DNA of 63,490 nt, counting the filler, from Limisphaerales bacterium (lineage in GTDB: Bacteria > Verrucomicrobiota > Verrucomicrobiia > Limisphaerales > SIBE01): NCBI GenBank assembly GCA_044225505.1. It is 3 parts of 3 records of this genome, joined end to end, with 100 filler letters (N's around TTAATTAATTAA, not from the genome) between each part and the next. Parts side by side here need not be neighbours in the genome. Positions count along the whole stretch, not along the records: positions 22,158 to 43,641 come from JBGAIN010000148.1; 2 more parts are not named here. One strand, 5' to 3'. This document shows positions 22,058 to 30,728 of the stretch, piece by piece. The notes under the pieces were generated by a model. That model was not told the DNA's origin and did not search any database. It saw only the letters and a program-made list of their open reading frames with translations. The position numbers were made by a program, and so were the translations under genes. Numbering within the stretch: position 1 is the first letter of the stretch; every line of letters starts with the position of its first letter.

Positions 22058-22157
22058 NNNNNNNNNNNNNNNNNNNNNNNNNNNNNNNNNNNNNNNNNNN
22101 NTTAATTAATTAANNNNNNNNNNNNNNNNNNNNNNNNNNNNNNNNNNNNNNNNNNNN
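22058..22157. other. Artificial contig spacer
   Basis: 100-nt N block with TTAATTAATTAA at 22102-22113. Confidence 0.98.
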
Positions 22158-22715
22158 GAAGCCAACGTTCTTGAGAATCGAACTGGCTCGTTCAGGGTTC
22201 AGGTTGGTTATCGCCTTGATGCTGCCCGTGAGCATCCCCGGCATACGGCTAATCTGATCTCGGAAGAGTTTTCGCGTCTGACGAGCCATCGTTTTTTGGT
22301 CGAGATAGAGTTCTACACCGGTGATTGGCTGTTCAATGACAGCACGGAGGAGGGAGCCTTGAGCGGCATCGTGAGCGCACAGCGACCAAATCGTGTTGCG
22401 GAATGGTATTCCTTCCATAGGCAAATACTCGGAGTTTGCGCCGGTCAGTAACCGAGTTGTTCGCGCCATCAAATCCATTTCGCCGAACTTTTTGGAGACG
22501 GCTTGACCGTAACCGGGAGACGGCCTGATGAAGCTGCATTGGGGGCGAGCCTTGAACTCCTCCAACCGATCGCAAAGCCATTGGGCTCGCCCTTCGATCG
22601 ACTGGATTTGGGGATGCGCCCCGATGATGGACACGGTTGCGGCGATGAAAGTCTCGTCGCTGTCGTTGAGGGGCATTGTGCCCGCCTCATCTGCGTAGAT
22701 TCTGAGAATACTCAT
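22158..22715 (-). CDS. DUF3800-like (RNase H-fold) protein, 3' end cut by contig end
   Basis: N-terminal LRIYADEAG resembles the hYhDESG motif; second acidic strand LYLDQ. Confidence 0.5.
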
Positions 22716-22887
22716 GCCGGAACGCCATAGCTCGACTCAAAACGAATATGCCGCTCATGGTTGCGGAGTTCAAACGTTGCTGGAGCACCAGTTGTCTCCT
22801 GCATCGGAAAGGCCGGTCATGGTTGATGCCTTTGTCCGTCACCGGCTGATCCCTGTTTACGCAGCGTCGTGTTGATAGATAAAGGAA

Positions 22888-23145
22888 ATGAGTATTGGCG
22901 TTTTGATCCCGCCGCCCGCAACCTGGAAGCCCTATTTGCCGCCCGTGCCCAGGCCAACACTCCAGCCCAGGCCCTGGCAAGAGCCGGATACTGACAGGGC
23001 GGATCTTGCTACCGACCAGCGATGGAGCGAGGCAATCCTTGGCTACCTCAAGGCACACTGGCGAGGCAGGCACCTGCTGTGGCGCGTCGTCAATGCCGTC
23101 GTTGCCGCTCTTCAAGACGTTTACGGTTCGCGGTCGAGTAGATAG
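22888..23145 (+). CDS. Hypothetical protein, shorter paralog of the downstream gene
   Basis: Aligns by eye with 23149-23583 over ~73 aa (TW.PY.PPVP.P; DLA.D..W..AILG.L...WRG.HLLW.V..AVVA). Confidence 0.55.
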   Translation: MSIGVLIPPPATWKPYLPPVPRPTLQPRPWQEPDTDRADLATDQRWSEAILGYLKAHWRGRHLLWRVVNAVVAALQDVYGSRSSR

Positions 23146-23148
23146 GGC

Positions 23149-23583
23149 ATGAGTGTTGCAATACTTGTTCAACCAGCGTCAACTTGGCGACCCTACGTGC
23201 CGCCCGTGCCCAAACCAGGCAACATGGCAAGGCGGGCTGAACCGGAGCGAGACTGGGAGGACTTAGCGGCGGATGAGGATTGGACGGGAGCGATTCTCGG
23301 ATTCTTGCGCAAGAACTGGCGTGGCAAGCATTTGCTCTGGCATGTCATCGACGCCGTGGTCGCGGAAAGTCGTCCAGAGGCCAGGTGCCTGGTCCGTAGA
23401 GCCACGAGGGAAGCGCTTTCGGCCATGATGGAACTGATCCGCCAGCGGAGGGTGATGAGACACCGGCGGCGTTGGGTTGCCGCTCTGGAATTACCCGCCG
23501 AGTTGCAGCCGTCCGGGTCAGAGATCAGCTGCACGGTCTCGGAGAGCGGTCAGAGTGCGAAGCGGCGACAGCACCTGGGGTGA
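23149..23583 (+). CDS. Hypothetical protein (tandem paralog)
   Basis: Protein-level similarity to the upstream ORF supports coding status. Confidence 0.6.
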   Translation: MSVAILVQPASTWRPYVPPVPKPGNMARRAEPERDWEDLAADEDWTGAILGFLRKNWRGKHLLWHVIDAVVAESRPEARCLVRRATREALSAMMELIRQRRVMRHRRRWVAALELPAELQPSGSEISCTVSESGQSAKRRQHLG

Positions 23584-23950
23584 TGTTCACGTCAAAACGG
23601 TCGTTTACGGCGCAAGAGATTGGGCGAAGGGGGCTTGCGCCGCTGGCGTCAAAAACTACGGATCTTCGGCATTTTCGTTCATACCATTTTTTAGGCTGAT
23701 ACCGTGTCTTGCATATCGAACTCTCCCCCTGTTTCGCGGATCGGGACCGCTGTGGTTTGCGGCATCACGACGGATGTGCTGCGGTCAAACCGGGAACGAC
23801 GCGCTAATTCTAACGTTCCGGCGAACGGGTCAGTGCAGCGATACCGTGAAATCCTGGACACGCAGAGTGTCGGTGGGCGCTCCGGGCATCATGCTGGAGC
23901 CGTGTTGATGGTTGGAACATTTTTGCCGTTGATTGCCGTATTGGAGACGT

Positions 23951-25210
23951 ATGAATACTATGCCTCAGGAAACAGCCGTGTCAGAGAACGATGAGACCAT
24001 CGACCTGCGTGAACTCGCAAGAGAGCACTGTCTTGCGACCCGCTCAGAGGAGATGTCCGTTGACGAGTTTCCCGAACTGGCATCAATCTCACCCCGTTTC
24101 TTCTACCGCTTCCTGCCTATTCCCAATGAGCCGCGCCCCGTTCCAGAATACGTGTATGTTCCCACAGCCGAGGACTGTGGTCTTTTGGGCGATGAACGCT
24201 ATCGTTACGAGATTTTCATCTCCGACTGGAACAACACTTGGGAGGCGGGCGCGTGGCGACCGGCGGTGCTGCATTTTAAAGGCCCCGATCAACTTCGCTG
24301 GGTTGCCGAAAGAAAGGCCGATGTTCGCCTGGTAAGTCGAGTGGCAGCTCACAGCTATGATGCTTACGCGCCGCTTTATCATCTCCTTCCGCGAGGGACT
24401 CTTGAGCGTTTCGGCTTGCCGCCGCTTCGTCGGGGAATCTGGCCCCACATGCGTCAGGACCACTTGCTGGAGCATGTTCTCCCGGCGGATTTTGACAGCC
24501 GCCTGGAAGAGGCAATCACGTATCATCTTTGGCCGTTATTGGGGGCGCGTGGTGCCCCGACTTGTTTTTCCAGCAGCGATCCGATCCGAATGCTTTCCCA
24601 CAACCTCGACTATTGGCTGCCCTACAGTTACATCGTGGCGCAAACTCGGATGCGGGGGTTCCGGCGCACCGAGATCGAGAGCGACTCTGAGCGAGCGGAC
24701 TACCTCGCGCAGAAGGATCAGATGCCGCCAGGGGTCACCCTCCAGACTCCTCTTCGGGGCGGGCCGCTCTGGATGGGCGAATACGAAGCCCACGAGGCAA
24801 CCCATGAAATGGTTGAAGTCGCCGATGCACATGGCGACTTGCGAGCGATTGTTGACGCGGTGCGCTCGCACAGGATCAAGGATGACTTCTCGGAACGTTG
24901 GTCCTTTGAGCGCGAGGATTTTGAGCGGAAACTCTATTCAAAACGTAGCAAGGCCAAGGTGACCTTTGTTGAGCTGGACGAGACGATTCCGGTCCACGGA
25001 CCTCAATCCGAAGTGCATGAGAATCTGCTTTGGGAGGATTTCATCAGCCTTCTTGACGTGAAGGAGCGTCGAATCGTGGTCTGTCTCCGAAACGGGGCGA
25101 CTAGGTTGGCCGAGATAGCGGAAGCGCTTGGTTACGCAAACCACAGTCCGATCTCTAAGCAGCTTGCGAAAATTCGTGATAAAGCGAAGCGGTTGCTGGA
25201 AATGGGCTGA
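23951..25210 (+). CDS. Hypothetical protein with C-terminal sigma-70 region-4-like HTH
   Basis: ~420-aa ORF ending LLDVKERRIVVCLRNGATRLAEIAEALGYANHSPISKQLAKIRDKAKRLL. Confidence 0.7.
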   Translation: MNTMPQETAVSENDETIDLRELAREHCLATRSEEMSVDEFPELASISPRFFYRFLPIPNEPRPVPEYVYVPTAEDCGLLGDERYRYEIFISDWNNTWEAGAWRPAVLHFKGPDQLRWVAERKADVRLVSRVAAHSYDAYAPLYHLLPRGTLERFGLPPLRRGIWPHMRQDHLLEHVLPADFDSRLEEAITYHLWPLLGARGAPTCFSSSDPIRMLSHNLDYWLPYSYIVAQTRMRGFRRTEIESDSERADYLAQKDQMPPGVTLQTPLRGGPLWMGEYEAHEATHEMVEVADAHGDLRAIVDAVRSHRIKDDFSERWSFEREDFERKLYSKRSKAKVTFVELDETIPVHGPQSEVHENLLWEDFISLLDVKERRIVVCLRNGATRLAEIAEALGYANHSPISKQLAKIRDKAKRLLEMG

Positions 25211-25308
25211 CCCGTCGAAAGATTCTGGCTTCCGGACGGTGCTAAAACAGTTGCCTTTAGCCGGTCCAGACCATTGCTCCTCGTTGCCAAGCACGCAGGT
25301 TTCCTGAG

Positions 25309-25596
25309 CTACTCGTAGTCCTTTCTCACGTTGTCTATCCTGTGGTCCAGATAAGCGATAAAATCCTCCATGAGCTTTACCATTGCTGGCTGGCTCTTCT
25401 TCAAATTCCGAAGGAGCGTAGCGCTCGACTGAATATCCGAGATTGCGAGGAGCTTCGCAGCTCTGGACATTTCCGGCCTGCGACGCTCATAGTCGTCGAG
25501 CCGTGATGAAAGCGCTAGGCACGAGGCCCGCTCGGCTTCCGAAAGAGTGGGACAGGCGTCCAGCTGCTTTCTTGTTATCTCAGAGTGGTTGTTCAT
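25309..25596 (-). CDS. Small hypothetical helical protein
   Basis: 95-aa ORF from MNNHSEITRK with protein-like composition; no motif recognised. Confidence 0.4.
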   Translation of the reverse strand: MNNHSEITRKQLDACPTLSEAERASCLALSSRLDDYERRRPEMSRAAKLLAISDIQSSATLLRNLKKSQPAMVKLMEDFIAYLDHRIDNVRKDYE

Positions 25597-25615
25597 GCTC
25601 AGCAATTTATCATTT

Positions 25616-25927
25616 TCAGCAACGCGCTTCTGGAGTGGGAGACTTAGTGACGAAGTCCTCGAAGTAGATTTCTCCCAAGCTGTCGGCGACGCGGATGATT
25701 TGGACTTCAATCGGTTCCAGGCTGAGCCGGTTCTCGCCCCCATCCGTTGCCACCGTGGCTACCGCGCTCATGCCGGGGATCTCCGGCTCACAAACAAAGA
25801 TAGGGATCGGCTTCGACGCGATCTTTCTCAGGCGGCTCTGAGTGGCTGAGAGTTGAGGCCACTCCTGGTTCAGCGCCAGCTCTAGGCTTCGTCGCAGCCG
25901 TGCGAGCCTGTTGTCGTTCAAGCGCAT
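25616..25927 (-). pseudogene. Truncated NurA-like nuclease N-terminal fragment
   Basis: VATVATDGGENRLSLEPIEVQIIRVADS resembles the first catalytic hAhDG strand of NurA-type nucleases; stops at ~103 aa. Confidence 0.45.
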
Positions 25928-26160
25928 CCGAGGTCCATTGTTAGACACAACGGCGCTTGGATTCACAGGAAAAAGCTGGGAGGGAGGTCAGCGCGGAGCG
26001 CAAGAAAGCCAAACTCAAGACCGTCACGGACGCCGAGAGATTCGACCGGGTCGCTTCTTACCGAGCGGACATTCAACAGCAGTATTTCCGCAAACCAGTC
26101 ACGGGCAAAGCAGGGCGTTGCGATTGCCGCCGTGCGACGCTGTCGGGACCGATTCGATGA

Positions 26161-27030
26161 TTATGGTGTTGGAGGCAGCTGTTTGGGCGTGCCACCTGGC
26201 TTATCCAATTTGCGGATCTCGCGGTGGGAGGTTTTAAGCTTTTTATGGACTTGTTTAATGTCCTCGGCGGGTGGCAGATCCTCCGGCTTGCGCCCACTGA
26301 TGTCGATCATCGTGCGACGGACCTTGCGACCAACTTCGTGCGCCGTGTGCTCCAAAGCCTGCTGACCCTGGATTTTTTCGGCACGGATCTTTTCCTCGGT
26401 CTGTGTTACGCGGAACAGATTAGCCGCTAGCTCTGTCTTGCCCATGAAATCCAGGGGTGAACGTCCATCGGGCACTCCTTTGAGCCGCCGAATCTGGTAG
26501 AGATCCAGGTTGTAAAGCCCGCGATAGCCAGCGTTCTGGAATAGTCCGTATTGCGTTACTCCGGCCTGATACGCTGCGCCGCTCAGAGAACGCTCGTGTT
26601 CAGAAAGCTCAGCCCTGATGCCCACCCGCTCGACACCGTCAGCCTGCTCAAGGCTCAGGCGACACGCTTCGGCCCAGGTCACAAAGTAAGCTTGAGCTTT
26701 TGCTACCTGTGGCTTTTTGGGATCGCCGTTCATTGCCGCCAGATAACAGGCAAAACGAGACAGTCTGTAATCAGTAACCGTCTTTCCGCCGACCACCCGC
26801 TGTTCCTGAATGATATTCTCGAAGATCGGGACGTTGAGGCTCGTTAGAGTCACCATTGCTCGCTCGATGGCCTTGCGGAAGGAATGAAGCCCATCGTAGC
26901 CAAGGAGCGCAGCCAAATCCGAACCCCACCAAAAACGAAAACCGTTGTCGTGTCCCATTGCCTCGAAACCTGGCTTCTGGGGCTCCAGATGGAAGGGGCT
27001 CTCACCAGTGGCATCAGACGCTGGACTCAT
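26161..27030 (-). CDS. dinD: DNA-damage-inducible protein D (DinD / BRO-like)
   Basis: DYRLSRFACYL.AMNGDPKK..VA.AQ.YF, FQNAGY.GLY, LDFMG.TELAANLFR.TQTEEK, VG.KVR.T...SG..PEDLP. Confidence 0.9.
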   Translation of the reverse strand: MSPASDATGESPFHLEPQKPGFEAMGHDNGFRFWWGSDLAALLGYDGLHSFRKAIERAMVTLTSLNVPIFENIIQEQRVVGGKTVTDYRLSRFACYLAAMNGDPKKPQVAKAQAYFVTWAEACRLSLEQADGVERVGIRAELSEHERSLSGAAYQAGVTQYGLFQNAGYRGLYNLDLYQIRRLKGVPDGRSPLDFMGKTELAANLFRVTQTEEKIRAEKIQGQQALEHTAHEVGRKVRRTMIDISGRKPEDLPPAEDIKQVHKKLKTSHREIRKLDKPGGTPKQLPPTP

Positions 27031-27170
27031 GCCGCCGAGCTTCCCACGACCATGCCTGAAACGGAAGAGGAATTTGGAGATTGCCGCGCACGCGCACAAA
27101 CAGGCGAGCGAGCGGCGATGACCGGGGAATTTTTCCTTCGGCGCAGTCGGCCATACGATATACTCGGCTC

Positions 27171-28505
27171 ATGGCCGACACCAAAAAGTTTCGGCAGGCG
27201 ATTAAGGAGGGCGATCTCGAAGCATTGAAAGCGATGACCGCCACCGGCTTCGATGTAAACACACGCTACCAGCACGACTGGACCGGCCTTCATTTTGCAG
27301 CGAAAGGCACCAACGCAGCGATCGTGAGACTGCGTGTCGAGGCCAAGATGGAGGTCAACGTGCTTTCTGAGATATGGCAGACGCCGCTCGACGTGGCGCG
27401 GCACCACGAATGCGAAAGCGTGATAGACGCGCTGCTCAAAGCGGGCGGAAAGCCAGCCGCAGACATCTGCGTCCACGCTGCGGTGTTTGCCGGGGATGCT
27501 GGCAAGGTCAAGAAGCACGTCGCGGCAGGTGCGGACGTTAACGGGCTCGTCAGAGGAGAACTGCCGTTGTGTATCGCCCTGGAGCGCAGGCGCTGGGCCG
27601 TTGCCCATTACCTCTTGAAGGCGGGCGCTGATGTCAAACGAGCCCAGGCCGACAAAGACACCGCCCTCCATTGCGCGGCCCGATCGGGCGCGGACGAGCA
27701 GATCATCAAGAAGATCATTAAAGCCGGTGCTGACGTGAACGTTCGCGGGGCCTGGAACTGGCGACCACTAACCGTTGCGGCAAATGCTGGCGACCTGGAG
27801 ATCGCATCGCTGCTCATCGCGCATGGGGCAAAGGCAAACTGCGAGGCGGCTCGCGCCGCCCTGGACGACGGCCAAGATGAGGTTGCCCGGATGCTGATCG
27901 ACGCGGGCGCGAGAGTATCGCTTTGCGAGGCGGTGAAGTGCGGCCATGTCCCTACCGTCCGGAAAATGATCCAACAGGGCGCAGACCTGAACGCTCCTGA
28001 TGAGGACTCCTCCCGATTCCCGCTCATCCTGGCGATCGAAACCGACCGAACCGAGATCGTGGAGATGCTACTCGCCGCCGGAGCCGATCCGAACGCGCAG
28101 ACCCCAGTCCGCCACGGGCGCGAATACGTTTACGGCGGCGATACCCCTTTGCACGAAGCCGTTGGCTGCGGCTCGGCTAAACTCGTAAAGCTGCTGCTCA
28201 CCTACGGCGCAGATCCTGACGTTCAGGATGCGGGCAACGAGAGCCCGCTTGAGCTGGCGAAGAGAAGAGGCCGTGGCCACCTGGTGGAGGTAATGGAGAA
28301 GCACCTTGAAAGCAAGATCACCAGGAGCGCCGTCGAGAAGCTGCTCACCACCGCCGCCGTGGCCAGCCTCTTGAGCGTGGACGAGCCTTTCGTCCAAGAC
28401 CTCATCCGCCGAGGCAAGCTTAGCCAGCTCAAGCTTGATCCGGTGACCGTTCGGATTCCGGAAAGCAGCGTGGCGGGATACTTGGCGAGCTTAAGAAAAA
28501 AGTAA
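27171..28505 (+). CDS. Ankyrin-repeat protein with C-terminal excisionase-like (HTH_17) domain
   Basis: Many TPLH.A / GADVN repeats; C-terminus LLTTAAVASLLSV....V..LIRRGKL...K....VRIPESSV. Confidence 0.85.
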   Translation: MADTKKFRQAIKEGDLEALKAMTATGFDVNTRYQHDWTGLHFAAKGTNAAIVRLRVEAKMEVNVLSEIWQTPLDVARHHECESVIDALLKAGGKPAADICVHAAVFAGDAGKVKKHVAAGADVNGLVRGELPLCIALERRRWAVAHYLLKAGADVKRAQADKDTALHCAARSGADEQIIKKIIKAGADVNVRGAWNWRPLTVAANAGDLEIASLLIAHGAKANCEAARAALDDGQDEVARMLIDAGARVSLCEAVKCGHVPTVRKMIQQGADLNAPDEDSSRFPLILAIETDRTEIVEMLLAAGADPNAQTPVRHGREYVYGGDTPLHEAVGCGSAKLVKLLLTYGADPDVQDAGNESPLELAKRRGRGHLVEVMEKHLESKITRSAVEKLLTTAAVASLLSVDEPFVQDLIRRGKLSQLKLDPVTVRIPESSVAGYLASLRKK

Positions 28506-28667
28506 TCGGCTCGTTCTTGTGCCATCCCAGGCTTAGGAGGAGGAAGTAAACGTGGTCGTCGAAGAACAAAATGCCCAACCTTGGAATGCCTTGGACAATC
28601 TTGGTGTTGTTATGCGCTACCGTTATGCGTGAGCCAGTGCCGTTTTGTAAGTGGTTGATAGAGAAGA

Positions 28668-28744
28668 TGGAGCGAGCGAAGGGATTCGAACCCTCGACAC
28701 TCACGTTGGCAACGTGATGCTCTACCAGGCTGAGCTACGCTCGC
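28668..28744 (-). tRNA. tRNA-Gly (GCC)
   Basis: GCGAGCGTAGCTCAGCCTGGTAGAGCATCACGTTGCCAACGTGAGTGTCGAGGGTTCGAATCCCTTCGCTCGCTCCA; cloverleaf with encoded CCA. Confidence 0.97.
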
Positions 28745-28892
28745 TTCCGCAATTAGCGTGATCACACTACGGAGATTTCACCTGATTGCAAGCCCTCTTT
28801 TGCAGCGAATAGCGCCGTGCGCGCGACTTCGCGTTGCGTGCCTCCGCGCGCATCGGGGAATCCGCCCGGCGCGCTGTCCCCATTCTTAAAAA

Positions 28893-29090
28893 CTACTTGC
28901 GGGCGCTGAGCACGGCGCCCGTCACCAGCGCCGCCAGACCGACCCCGGCCAAACCGAGGGTCCCGCGCCCCGGGCCTGGAGTATTCGGGGTGGTGTTGCC
29001 CAAGTTGAGCAACACGATCGACAGGAGAAGCATGCCGGTCACAACGAGAAGAAGACCTGGCAAACTTGGTTGCGCTTTCGTCTTTTTCAT
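28893..29090 (-). CDS. Small two-TM membrane protein
   Basis: MKKTKAQPSLPGLLLVV... with two hydrophobic segments; AGGA 5' of the ATG. Confidence 0.5.
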   Translation of the reverse strand: MKKTKAQPSLPGLLLVVTGMLLLSIVLLNLGNTTPNTPGPGRGTLGLAGVGLAALVTGAVLSARK

Positions 29091-29697
29091 GGCGATTTCC
29101 TGAAGGCTGCGGCGAGCCCATCGAGCGAACGACATGGAGGCGCGACAAGCTCGCCTCTCGAAATCAAACCACAGGGACCTTCAGATTCCAAGCGAGATGC
29201 GAAGCAAACGGTGGCGGACCCAGACCGACCGCGGCAAAGAATTGAACCCAGGACACCCGGAGGATCGCTCAGGACGACGAGAGGACGGGCGATCAAAACA
29301 GAGCGCCGATCACGAGGGAGGCTTGTCGAGTCCCAAGCGTTTCCAACGCTTGAGCCAGTTCGCGTAAGACTCCACCAGACTGGCTCGCCAGGAATTGTAG
29401 CGCTGCCAGTCCGGCTCAAGCTCTTTGAGCTGAAGAATGGGTTGGCGCCCGGTGCCGTCGCCTGATTCGCGTAGAACTGGAATCTGCGCCATAAGCTGCT
29501 AAGCCCGGCACGATTGACCGCGGCGAACCGAGCTAGCACCGCTAATTTAGCGCAGAAATACGCGGCGTAAACTGCCGTTCTTGGGAGGTGACGTTTACGG
29601 GGGTGAGCTTTGCCGCGGAGTTTTTCAAACCGCTTGCGCTTAAACAAAAAAGGCAGGATTTGAGTCCTGCCTTTTGTCACCTAATTGGAAACGGAGA

Positions 29698-29985
29698 TTA
29701 CTTCTTGCCCAAGATTGCGTCTTTGGCGGCCTTGGCCACGCGGAATTTTACGACGCGTTTAGCAGGGATCTTAATTGCTGCCCCGGTGGCTGGATTTCGG
29801 CCCATTCGAGCTTTGCGATTGACGAGAACGAGCTTGCCCAAGCCAGGGATGGTGAAGGAGTTCTTCGCGTTTTTGTAGGCGAGTTCAACCAAAGCTTCCA
29901 GAGTTTGGACGGCCTGTTTTTTGCTCAGACCGACTTGTTCGGCGATGGTTGCTGCGATTTGGGATTTGGATAGCGCTTTTGCCAT
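29698..29985 (-). CDS. hup: DNA-binding protein HU
   Basis: KSQI...IAE, IPGLGK, RKARMGRNPATG..IKIPAK..VKF. Confidence 0.95.
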   Translation of the reverse strand: MAKALSKSQIAATIAEQVGLSKKQAVQTLEALVELAYKNAKNSFTIPGLGKLVLVNRKARMGRNPATGAAIKIPAKRVVKFRVAKAAKDAILGKK

Positions 29986-30190
29986 ATTGCCCGGACGCTA
30001 CTGGTAATGCTGCTGGATTCAAGCCAGAAGTTTCTTTCATACCCCTGAATTTTTGATTCTAAAGCTTCAAAATTGAAGGTTTGGCAGCCCTGATGAGCGA
30101 AACGGACGCTTGCTCTGAAGGTATCGCCCGGGAAAATGCACCGGATAGATCTGCGATTGAAACCTCCGTCGACCGGCCTGGGAACGCCGC

Positions 30191-30538
30191 TTAGGTCTCG
30201 AATGATTTGCCGCAACCGCACGACTGGCGCGCCCGGGGATTGTGGACTTTGAAACCGCCGCCCGTCAGGCTGTCCACAAAGTCGACTTGAGACCCTGACA
30301 AATAACCGGCGCTGAAAGGATCGACCAGCACCGCCACGCCAAAGAACTCGGCGCGCGCGTCATCCGGTCGCTCTTCATCGAAGACCAACCCATACTGCAT
30401 ACCGGAGCATCCGCCCCGTTCGACATAGACACGTAGCGTCTTTCCCTGATTTTCCGGGTCCAAAAGCATGGATTTAACCTGCTCGGCCGCGTTTTCGGTC
30501 AGGGTGACTACGGGAGTCTTATCAGCGACATCGGACAT
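30191..30538 (-). CDS. A-type Fe-S carrier (ErpA/IscA family)
   Basis: LRVYV..GGCSGMQY, GGFK..NP.A..SCGCGKSF. Confidence 0.93.
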   Translation of the reverse strand: MSDVADKTPVVTLTENAAEQVKSMLLDPENQGKTLRVYVERGGCSGMQYGLVFDEERPDDARAEFFGVAVLVDPFSAGYLSGSQVDFVDSLTGGGFKVHNPRARQSCGCGKSFET

Positions 30539-30728
30539 GTGCGTCACGAAGGAAACTACCAATCGGCGAGGGCCTTGTCAAACGCCTGACCCTGCGAGCG
30601 CAAGGACACCGAAGCCGTCGGCGAGATGAGCAGCGCGATCGAGAGGCCGCGTTGGATACGGCGATTTCCTTTGGCCAATTTCGGGAGGCCTCGCACAGCC
30701 TTGGCACCGTGACGCAAAGCACGAAGCT

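Noticed and set aside
22058..22157. TTAATTAATTAA palindrome within Ns (also 43686-43697)
   Set aside because: Artificial linker. Adjacency across it has no biological meaning, so the toxin contig cannot be said to be integrated at tRNA-Arg.
29087..29680. ORFs between the small membrane gene and HU
   Set aside because: Several competing short frames with no motif; none can be supported.
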